From assembly GCA_024655885.1 (NCBI GenBank), contig JANLFN010000005.1, positions 11,660 to 75,659 of the forward strand: DNA of 64,000 nt, given 5' to 3'. Below, piece by piece: positions 52,324 to 59,799 of this stretch. The DNA comes from Eubacteriales bacterium. GTDB lineage: Bacteria; Bacillota; Clostridia; Acetivibrionales; JANLFN01. The position numbers were made by a program, and so were the translations under genes. How positions within the stretch are numbered: position 1 is the stretch's first letter; each line of letters starts with the position of its first letter. Below the pieces are notes generated by a model. The model saw only the letters and a program-made list of their open reading frames with translations, was not told the DNA's origin and did no database searches.

Positions 52324-53664
52324 ATGATTGAAAAAGCGATTTATAATGACGCCTTTACGTTGCTCAAATTTGGAATGGACTATTATCCTCAGGAATATAC
52401 CGGTTATCAAGATGAAATCCTGGCCGGTAAAACAACTGCCTGGATTGGCTCAAGCCTGATGATTTCCCCAATTTATGATGTCAAAGGACCGGATGCGCTT
52501 AAATTTTTCAATTCGATCTGTGTAAACGACTTTTCAACTCTGAAGGATAAAGGAATCCGCCACGCTGTCATTTGTAATGAAAAAGGTCAGATCATGACGG
52601 ACGGTGTCGTGTTCAAAGTTGCGGAAGACACCTACCGTACCTATTGGCTGCTTCCTGTCATTGATTATTTGCTTCAAAAAAGCGGAATGAACGTAGAAGG
52701 CATTAACATGACCGGAAAAGAATATTTTTATCAGATTGCCGGGCCAAAATCTTTGGAGATTCTGGAAAAAGCCTGCGAATGTGATTTGCATGATATTAAA
52801 TTCGCGACCCATCGCCTGACAAAAATCTGCGGTCAGGATATGCGGGTTGTTCGGTTAGGTATGGCCGGCAATCTGGCTTATGAAGTTCATGGACCTATCG
52901 AAGATGCAGATTTAGTCTATAACAAACTTTGGGAAGCAGGCCAGGCATTTGGTGCCAGGAAACTGGGGATGATTGCTTATCAAATGAATCATACCGAAGG
53001 GGGATTTGCCAATATTAATATGCATTATCCGCTGCCCTGGTACGAAGATCCGGGACTTGCTGAGTATTTAGCACCTATTCCCTTTGCAGGTGCTGCCAAT
53101 CTGAACCGTTTATTGCTTGGCAGTGTTGGCGATGAGCTTGAATGCCGCTTTGTGACACCGTATGATGTTGGCTGGGGATTTCTGGTGAAATTCAATCATG
53201 AATTTATTGGCAGAAAGGCCCTGGAGGAAATTGCTAAAAACCCACCTAGAACTGTCGTTACGCTCGAATGGAACGCAGATGATGTTGCTGAAATCTATGC
53301 TTCCCAGTTCCGGGGCAAGGATATTCAACCTTACGAAAGAATAGATGCCATGCCTCATGATTATAACCTCAACTTCGGTTCGACAGGTGGACGGCCTGTT
53401 TACCGTGCGGACAAGGTCCTGGCAGACGGCAAGATGATCGGGATCAGCTCCGGACGTACAAACAGCTACTATTACAATACGACGATTTCCCTGGCCTTTA
53501 TTGATCCGAAGTATGCAGTGGAGGGCAAGGAACTTACCTTGATCTGGGGAACACCGGGTACTCGGCAGAAGGAAGTTCGCGTCAAAGTTGCCCGTTTCCC
53601 GTATAACGATTTGGTGCGCAATGAAAACACGGATGTGGAAACGATTCCGCACTACAAAGGATAA
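52324..53664 (+). CDS. aminomethyltransferase (GcvT) fold protein, LigM/DesA-like putative tetrahydrofolate-dependent demethylase, paralog 2
   Basis: 446 aa, collinear with paralog 1. Motifs: YTGYQDEILAGKTTAWI, RLGMAGNLAYEVHG, GWGFLVKFNHEFIGRKAL and VTLEWNADDVAEIY. Confidence 0.7.
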   Translation: MIEKAIYNDAFTLLKFGMDYYPQEYTGYQDEILAGKTTAWIGSSLMISPIYDVKGPDALKFFNSICVNDFSTLKDKGIRHAVICNEKGQIMTDGVVFKVAEDTYRTYWLLPVIDYLLQKSGMNVEGINMTGKEYFYQIAGPKSLEILEKACECDLHDIKFATHRLTKICGQDMRVVRLGMAGNLAYEVHGPIEDADLVYNKLWEAGQAFGARKLGMIAYQMNHTEGGFANINMHYPLPWYEDPGLAEYLAPIPFAGAANLNRLLLGSVGDELECRFVTPYDVGWGFLVKFNHEFIGRKALEEIAKNPPRTVVTLEWNADDVAEIYASQFRGKDIQPYERIDAMPHDYNLNFGSTGGRPVYRADKVLADGKMIGISSGRTNSYYYNTTISLAFIDPKYAVEGKELTLIWGTPGTRQKEVRVKVARFPYNDLVRNENTDVETIPHYKG

Positions 53665-53754
53665 AACGAAATAGTGGCTCTTTTGTCAAATGTTGAGGTA
53701 AGCCCGAAAACGGAGAGTAAATAAATCTATTCTTTAGAAGGGCTAAATTTCTAG

Positions 53755-53784
53755 AGATGTCTTACTTGAGGCATCTTTTATTTT
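53755..53784 (+). terminator. intrinsic terminator after the demethylase pair
   Basis: AGATGTCTT pairs with GAGGCATCT (9 bp including G-U pairs), followed by TTTTATTTT. Confidence 0.6.
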
Positions 53785-53935
53785 GCGTAGGGGAGTTTCA
53801 GGAGAATTGGATATGTTTCCTTGGCGGGAGGAGAAACAATATATTGTTATGCAATGGATACTAAGGTAAAACCTGAATTCGTGATAAAGATATAATCTCT
53901 GGTGCTATTTTGGTTAGATTTTGATAAAAGCACAA

Positions 53936-54211
53936 TCAGTACGATATTTTTGGGATTAATAAGCATAAAGCATCAAGGGCCATACGGAAAAAATCATCTT
54001 CACGAAAAGGCTCGATATGGTCATAATCATTTTTCCCTTGGCATAATAACCCCAGATAAGATGTGACAACGTCTCCGTTCTTAATGTCCGGAACCGATTT
54101 AATTTTGGGAAGACTGATTTCGTTGAAACGTTGCTTTATCTTTGTTTTTGATAACAGTAATCCTATTAGTCCTAAGCCTGGATGCGTTATAAGTGTTTCA
54201 TCAGAATTTTC
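53936..54211 (-). pseudogene. IS1380/IS4-superfamily transposase N-terminal fragment, cut by the IS1380 copy at 54212
   Basis: The minus-strand frame reads ENSDETLITHPGLGLIGLLLSKTK...DIKNGDVVTSYLGLLCQGKNDYDHIEPFREDDFFRMALDA. It has no start codon, because it abuts the IS end, and stops prematurely. Confidence 0.4.
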
Positions 54212-54810
54212 AACATGGAATCGGAAAGTGACCTTTAAAAATAGAGCATATCTTTAGACATAGCAGGCCTTTCCGGCAATAAAAAACGTAAATATTTTTA
54301 CAAAAAAAACAGGACACTTGGCTCCTCTTGTCAAATGGTTAAAGTAACCAAAAAACAACAACCATGAGAGGAAGTGTCCCAGCACTATGGTAGCACAAAA
54401 CCACCCCCAAATGCCAGAACAAAATACAAAAACAACCAGAAAAGAACGCAGGTTAGAAATTTTACGCGAACGGAAACGCATCAAAAAAGCTATGAGGAAA
54501 ATGCGTACCGTTACCTTCGACAATGACTCCGTTACCGAAGCCGGCAACTTCCAGTTTATTGAGGTTTTTAAAGAGCTTATTGATCTTGAGGGAATCCTTA
54601 AGAATGGCTTTTTCCTGGAACGGAGAGAAAATACCTTGTATGACGCCCAGGAGCTTATCGATTATCTTATTGACTGTGCAATTCTGGGTCATACCCGGTT
54701 CTCTCATATGGATGCTCTAAAGTTTGATCCGGGATATTTAACGGTCAAGGAGATAGGCCGTTTTCCGGATGAAAGCACCTTCCGTAGTTTCCTCGAGAAA
54801 TTGGAGTGGA
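54212..54810 (+). repeat. truncated second copy of the IS1380-family element (5' 599 bp, identical to 44924-45522)
   Basis: Base-for-base identity with the full copy at an offset of 9288. Identity stops at 54810, where a different element end begins. The remaining transposase ORF (54387-54872) keeps only the first 141 codons. Confidence 0.95.
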
Positions 54811-55186
54811 TGTTTTTGTCAAGTGAAAATTCCCCAATATTTCAATCGAAATATCCCCCAGCGAAAATTTAAAGGTTATTATCTTCCATCCACTTAACAG
54901 TTTCCTTAAGCCTGTAAGAGTTTCCATTCATGTTAACCATGTAAGACTTATGGGTAAGCCTGTCTGTCATGGCGGCTGTCATGATAGGGTCCTGGAATAT
55001 TTCATCCCACCTTTCAAATGATAGATTCGTAGTAATAATAGTTGACTTTCTGCCTGCCCGCAGGGAAAGATTTGTAAACTGTTGTTTCCAACGATATTCT
55101 GCAGTGACATTCTCGAATTAAACTGCATTGAAAATTTCCAATTAAGACCTTGGGACTCTGTCCCAAACCCTGGGATTTATCGCTTT
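54811..55186 (-). mobile_element. IS21-family remnant: terminal repeat region plus istB 3' fragment
   Basis: The end begins TGTTTTTGTCAAGTGAAAATTCCCC and carries three GAAA(A/T)(A/T)T-type repeats at 54823-54870, followed by the IstB C-terminal coding remnant. Confidence 0.5.
54869..55117 (-). pseudogene. IstB-like (IS21 helper ATPase) C-terminal fragment
   Basis: The minus-strand frame reads ...RAGRKSTIITTNLSFERWDEIFQDPIMTAAMTDRLTHKSYMVNMNGNSYRLKETVKWMEDNNL-stop. This is a typical IstB C-terminus. There is no Walker region or start. Confidence 0.6.
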
Positions 55187-55287
55187 TGTTCTCCAAAAAG
55201 AGAAAAGCAGCCAATGACAGCTGCAATTCTCGTTATCTCTTTTTTATAGAACCCTGACAGGTGCTCAGGTTGCATCCCTGCATTGCC

Positions 55288-55626
55288 CTATCCTCCGGTC
55301 AGGTAAGAGCCTGTAAAATCCACCTTGTCGGCAATAGCCTTCAGAGCATACGCTACAGTGATTCCATCAACCTTCCCCAAGGCCTTTGTTAACCTTTCCT
55401 TGTTCCAGAATATATCGCCCAGGTCACTCAAGTGGCAGCCAGCGTCATAGTCGGGTATGCAAGCAAAATTTCCACTGGTTGAACGTCCAATAATAACCCT
55501 GATGGATGAGCGGCTCATTATCTGAAATTCATAGTGACTGCCATAGTTTTTCATATAGGTTATGCTTGCGGGCCATCTTTCACACCTGTTTTGAGTTTTC
55601 CAGACACATTCAAACACCGTATGCAT
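55288..55626 (-). CDS. hypothetical protein (112 aa), last gene of the transposon operon
   Basis: GAGGAGG SD 5 nt before the ATG at 55626 (MHTVFECVWK...), 10 nt after the ATPase stop. I recognise no motif. Confidence 0.55.
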   Translation of the reverse strand: MHTVFECVWKTQNRCERWPASITYMKNYGSHYEFQIMSRSSIRVIIGRSTSGNFACIPDYDAGCHLSDLGDIFWNKERLTKALGKVDGITVAYALKAIADKVDFTGSYLTGG

Positions 55627-55636
55627 TGCTTCCTCC

Positions 55637-56437
55637 TCAATTTTCAAGCTCTGTCTTTATGATTCTTTTAACCACAATATCATCTACGAGTTTTGTCTTA
55701 TTCATAAAGCAGTGAAGAAGGCTTTTGTCGCATATCAGGTTGATTTTCCTGGGAATCCCGGCACTAAAGCAGTGAATCTCTTTTATTGCCTCTGATGTAA
55801 AAAGTTCGCTTGAAGAGCCTGCTGCCTTTATATGAGTTCTTATGTAGTCTTCAACGCTTTGCAGGTCAAGTTCCTTGAGAGAATAACGTATGGTTATCCT
55901 TTGAGATATTGCACGCATTGAATATCCGGATAGCAATTCGGAAAGCTCCGGCTGACCCACAAGGATAAGGCATAACGGTGAAAGGCTGTCCATGTTGAAA
56001 TTGACGAGGAATCTGACTTCCTCAAGCATCTTCTCTGTCAGCAGATGGGCTTCGTCTATAATGATTATTGGCGTTTTGCCATGCTGGTACATATCCATCA
56101 CAGCCTTGTTAACCATCCGTTTTGCCTCCGGCTTGAAGTATGAAGGCGAAATGTCGAGCTGTTCAAGGATTTCGTTATAAAAGGATTTGGGTGACATATC
56201 CGACTGGGATATGTATATCACCTTGTGGCTTACCGGATTTATCTCATCCACGACAGCCCTTATGGCAGTGCTCTTGCCAATACCAACTTCCCCGGTCACT
56301 GCGGCAAAAAGCCTGTTGTCTATGGCATATTTAAGCCTGCTCTTCAATTCCTGGAAGTCTTCGTAAAGGTATAGCTTTTTTACATCTATATCCCTCTTAA
56401 AGGGTGTTTTGGTGAATCCGAAATATTCTTCATACAT
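55637..56437 (-). CDS. AAA+ ATPase, TniB/ExeA-like transposition helper
   Basis: Walker A GEVGIGKST and Walker B IIIIDEAHLL. AAGGAGG SD 9 nt before the ATG at 56437. Overlaps the transposase stop. Confidence 0.8.
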   Translation of the reverse strand: MYEEYFGFTKTPFKRDIDVKKLYLYEDFQELKSRLKYAIDNRLFAAVTGEVGIGKSTAIRAVVDEINPVSHKVIYISQSDMSPKSFYNEILEQLDISPSYFKPEAKRMVNKAVMDMYQHGKTPIIIIDEAHLLTEKMLEEVRFLVNFNMDSLSPLCLILVGQPELSELLSGYSMRAISQRITIRYSLKELDLQSVEDYIRTHIKAAGSSSELFTSEAIKEIHCFSAGIPRKINLICDKSLLHCFMNKTKLVDDIVVKRIIKTELEN

Positions 56438-57833
56438 TTTGGGCATCCTCCTTACTGTACAGGCTGGTGAAGTTCAGGCGGTTCGCCTTGTCCTTGAGCC
56501 TGCCCTCGTACTTTTCCTTTAGAAGCTTAAGATAACTGGTTTTCAGCATAGCTTCCTGCGTTGGTGCGGCAGAAGGGTCAACAGGAGCCTCGCTGTCCCA
56601 GACATTATTTCTGATTATTAAAGGTTCTGCATTTTTGTACTGCTGGCCGTTGTAATACACTTCAATATTGGCTGGATCCTTTTTATCAAAGCGCAGTTGC
56701 ACCGTTTTGTTTGCCAGAATCCCTTCAAGCTTGTACAAATTACCCTCAATCGACACTGTAGCAGTTTTATTTGCTTTCCGTTCCACGCGCTGTATAAACA
56801 CATCCCTCAGCTTTTCAGGAGATATGTATTTTACATGGGCTTTGTCAGCCGAATGTATCTCTTCAGGTGTAGCGCCTATGCTGCTGTGCTTCTTGTTGTT
56901 GTAATTTTCGGACAGCCAGTATTCGAAGTACTCATTCAGCTCATCCAGTGTCTCGATTCCAAGCCTTCTTGCCTCAGGCTCGAAGGATCTGTCCACATAG
57001 GAGTTAAATTTTTCCACCTTGCCCTTTGAGGTTGCGGAGTAGGGACGGCAATATTTCATCATGCAGCCCAGCTCTGCGCATATTGCCTGCAGGCGTTTTG
57101 TCCGGTATACCTTAGCGTTGTCTGTGTAGAAAACACGGGGAACCCCCATTTTTACGAGTGCCTTTCTGAAGCAATCCTCAACATTCTGGGCATTCTCCTC
57201 AAAATATAGCTTTCCGCATACCTTTCGGCTACGGTCATCCCGGAAGCAAATCAGATATGTCCTTAGATATTCTTTGGGATTCTTGGGATCCTTCAGGTAT
57301 ATCGAATATTTTATATCCGACTGCCAGGTATCATTGACGTTCTCTTTCTGGAACCTTCGAAAAACTTTTGCCGATTTGGTTTTAGGCGTAGTCTGAATAT
57401 TGTTTGACATTATCCGTGAAAGGGTGGAATTCTTAAGAAGCCCTTCCGGAGCATCTCCTGACAGCTCCAGTATTTCAATAATCTCACGTACGCTGCGTTC
57501 AGGCAGTTCCTCTTTAAGCTCAAAGGCTTTTTTCACAGTCGCCTCCGGTATAACCCTGACACTGCCGGCATCCTTTCTTTCATCCGGCACCAGTGCGGAA
57601 AATCCGCCTTCACGATACCACTTAAGGTATGTGAATAATGTCCGTTCCGATACTGTTGTCCTGCTGCTGTTGGGGATATCATACGTTTTTGATAATATCT
57701 GCCTTATTAAAGCCGCTTTTTCCCCTTTGGGCAGTCCTTCCTGCAGCAGCGGGTGTATCAACCCGTACCGGAACAGCCCGATTTCCATTTTTTCTTCTTC
57801 AGTCATGTTTTCTTCATCCTCCTTACGGTGCAT
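56430..57833 (-). CDS. DDE (rve) transposase with Mu-transposase-like C-terminal domain (TniA/TnsB-like)
   Basis: DDE triad candidates are WQSD, FYTDNAKVY and SKGKVEKFNSY. The N-terminal GLFRYGLIHPLL HTH region and the C-terminal TVSIEGNLYKL beta-barrel-like segment are also present. The start may be M1 (57833) or M10 (57806). Confidence 0.8.
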   Translation of the reverse strand: MHRKEDEENMTEEEKMEIGLFRYGLIHPLLQEGLPKGEKAALIRQILSKTYDIPNSSRTTVSERTLFTYLKWYREGGFSALVPDERKDAGSVRVIPEATVKKAFELKEELPERSVREIIEILELSGDAPEGLLKNSTLSRIMSNNIQTTPKTKSAKVFRRFQKENVNDTWQSDIKYSIYLKDPKNPKEYLRTYLICFRDDRSRKVCGKLYFEENAQNVEDCFRKALVKMGVPRVFYTDNAKVYRTKRLQAICAELGCMMKYCRPYSATSKGKVEKFNSYVDRSFEPEARRLGIETLDELNEYFEYWLSENYNNKKHSSIGATPEEIHSADKAHVKYISPEKLRDVFIQRVERKANKTATVSIEGNLYKLEGILANKTVQLRFDKKDPANIEVYYNGQQYKNAEPLIIRNNVWDSEAPVDPSAAPTQEAMLKTSYLKLLKEKYEGRLKDKANRLNFTSLYSKEDAQNV

Positions 57834-57921
57834 TTTTTGTTGATGTCATGATTTTATCTGCACCACAGAAGGTTTTGGTTTAAAACTATGGGAAAATCAG
57901 CCGGTATTTTAATTTGAGAAA

Positions 57922-58584
57922 TTACAAGAACACATGGGCGGTCAGTATATCCAGTATCCTGTTTATGTAAATGAAGGGTCGTATATTGAGGTCAGATATT
58001 TTATTATCCCTGAATGCGGCTGTAGTCCTTATATATATCCGGCTCCAGTTGATAATTTTTGTTACATCTTTCGAGTATTCCTTATTTCTGATCCATGAAG
58101 GAATAGCTTCTGCCTCCGGCAGCAGCTCGGAGCTTATATCGCAGGATGGCGAATATTCCTGTATTTCTTTTGTTATCAATGGTTCTATGACGGCTTTCTT
58201 TGTTGTGACAACCCGTACCCAGTAGTACATGACCGTGTGGGAAACCGGCAGGGAAGGAAACAGCTTGCAACACAGCCGCCTTAGGCTTATTGGGCCTTTT
58301 GAAATGTCATTATATTGCAGGATATATTTTTGCCTTTGAAAGGTGTCATATTGATGCCGGGATGCTAAAAATTCGGGTTTTAATGCATGTGTTACATTGC
58401 ACTTTTTGCATTTGTAGCGAAGAATTATTATTTTTGTTATTATTTCATTGGATTTGTAGGTAACCTCATAACAGGCGTGGTAAACCATCAGCGCACCACA
58501 GGTGCTACAGTGTATCTCTATATTTATTGTGAAAATTATTCTCTTGTAGGCATTGACATCGCCGCAAAAATCTAATAATCTCAA
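57922..58584 (-). CDS. zinc-ribbon protein (DUF6431-like), first gene of the transposon
   Basis: HCSTCG ... YKCKKCNVTHALKPEFL gives two CxxC pairs. TTG start with no clear SD, so the start is uncertain. Confidence 0.5.
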   Translation of the reverse strand: MRLLDFCGDVNAYKRIIFTINIEIHCSTCGALMVYHACYEVTYKSNEIITKIIILRYKCKKCNVTHALKPEFLASRHQYDTFQRQKYILQYNDISKGPISLRRLCCKLFPSLPVSHTVMYYWVRVVTTKKAVIEPLITKEIQEYSPSCDISSELLPEAEAIPSWIRNKEYSKDVTKIINWSRIYIRTTAAFRDNKISDLNIRPFIYINRILDILTAHVFL

Positions 58585-58738
58585 ATTGATCTTAAATTGT
58601 TAAAAGTGTTTCCCGTTTATTTGATTTTTGCAGGAATCAAGGGAAACACTTTTTCATTTTATCAACTGGAAATTCATACTGCAATATATTTTAAGAAATC
58701 TGCAGCGCTACGCTGCTGATTTTCGTTGCAAAAAACAT

Positions 58739-58954
58739 GTTACCGGCGGCAAAGGATATTATCAGGAAGAAAGCAAACCGGTACAGGTGCTTCATGAAGG
58801 GGATGTAGTAAAGATCCGTCCGGATGTGAAACATTGGCATGGCGCTGCACCGGATAGCTGGTTTACACATATCGCGATAACTACTAATCCACAAAAGGGA
58901 GACGCCGAATGGTTGGAACCCATAACGGATGAAGAATATAACAATTTAAAATAA
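58739..58954 (+). pseudogene. cupin-domain protein, C-terminal fragment (5' part removed at the transposon end)
   Basis: VTGGKGYYQEESKPVQVLHEGDVVKIRPDVKHWHGAAPDSWFTHIAI...EWLEPITDEEY is the C-terminal half of a common small cupin family. The first 37 codons of the track ORF are read-through from the transposon end. Confidence 0.65.
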
Positions 58955-59031
58955 ATGGATATCCATTTCAGAGGAGAAGCTGGATGACTCTCAGGGTGAC
59001 TTGTCATTCAGCTTTTCTTACGTGCGCCCAG

Positions 59032-59255
59032 CATGAGCACGTACTTGTCGGTGAAAGTCCGATATGGGGACTGGTAGTGCCAACCATTAGCTTAAGGCAA
59101 GGATGTCCATCAGTAGTCTAGAATACTTTGGGAAGGACTGAACAATAGGAGGTCTTGGAAACTTGAAGAATTCGAGAGAGGTACGAAGATTGCAGAAAAC
59201 TTCATACACAGAAGACTGGTCATGCCAGGTAGGAGTGGAAATCCAAGATACCATG
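59032..59255 (+). mobile_element. group II intron 5' fragment (start of domain I), no IEP/RT ORF
   Basis: Begins GTGCGCCCAG, the canonical GUGYG 5' end. It contains GGTGAAAGTCC and AAGGCAAGGATGTCCA motifs typical of bacterial group II intron domain I. It breaks off after about 225 nt. Confidence 0.55.
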
Positions 59256-59257
59256 GG

Positions 59258-59486
59258 AGCGCATGTCAAAAATATTTTGATGATGTTTCCATTGAAATCG
59301 TAGAAATCGATCATAAAATAACCAATTTAGCGAGGGAGTATTTTGAACTCCCAGATACCGTAAAAGTGACTACTTATGATGGATGGGCATACCCTGAATG
59401 CTGCGAATAAAAAATATGATGTAATTGTAGTAGATGCATATCAGGACATAACAATACCATTTCAGATGTCTTCGGCGGATTATTAA
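59258..59486 (+). pseudogene. spermidine synthase-like methyltransferase fragment, frameshifted
   Basis: CQKYFDDVSIEIVEIDHKITNLAREYFELPDTVKVTTYDG in one frame continues as NAANKKYDVIVVDAYQDITIPFQMSS in another. It lacks both N- and C-terminal parts. Confidence 0.55.
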
Positions 59487-59504
59487 ATGAATTATAAAAA
59501 CCTC

Positions 59505-59535
59505 TTGACTTGGAGTGAACTCCAAGTAGTAAAGT
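59505..59535 (+). promoter_or_regulatory. MerR-type promoter with 19-bp spacer and embedded 9-bp inverted repeat operator
   Basis: TTGACT (59505-59510), 19-nt spacer, TAAAGT (59530-59535). The palindrome ACTTGGAGT-GA-ACTCCAAGT (59508-59527) spans the spacer. Confidence 0.65.
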
Positions 59536-59591
59536 AAGTTATAGATAGTTACAAGGCGTTTATTTAAAGCAAAGAACAGGAGGAAATTAAA

Positions 59592-59728
59592 ATGGCCAAA
59601 AGTATAATTGCATATTTTTCACATTCGGGAAACACAGAGGTAATCGCAAATATTATAAAAGAGAATGTAGGCGGTGATCTGTTTAAAAGGTATCACGTTG
59701 GCTTCAGAAATTAGGTATGCTTTCTTAA
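59592..59728 (+). pseudogene. flavodoxin remnant (N-terminal 30 aa fused out of frame to the C-terminal 13 aa)
   Basis: MAKSIIAYFSHSGNTEVIANIIKENVGGDLF is followed, in another frame, by VSRWLQKLGMLS. Compare the intact paralog, which ends DVTNWLNKIGIIS. Confidence 0.55.
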
Positions 59729-59799
59729 GTAGGAACAATATTTAAAATGCTGTTAAAAATAAATTAGAAATTTAAAAAATAAAAAAGGAGAAAAATAAT

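Larger units (their letters stand above)
55187..58737 (-). mobile_element. Mu/Tn552-like (TniA/TniB-type, Tn7 superfamily) four-gene transposon; left boundary uncertain (alternative 54811)
   Basis: The right end ...GCAAAAAACA (58737) falls exactly where cupin homology starts. Its reverse complement, TGTTTTTTGCAACGAAAATCAGCAGC..GCTGCAG, resembles TGTTCTCCAAAAAGAGAAAAGCAGCC..GCTGCAA at 55187. Both ends have TGT...ACA termini. Confidence 0.55.

Noticed and set aside
54387-54872. 161-aa ORF resembling a second transposase gene
   Set aside because: It is identical to the first 141 codons of the IS1380 transposase and then runs into the IS21-type end. It is a truncated pseudogene, not a functional transposase.
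58628-58954. Track ORF suggesting an intact 108-aa cupin protein
   Set aside because: The first 37 codons are read-through from the transposon terminus. Cupin similarity begins only at about 58739, so this is a 3' gene fragment.
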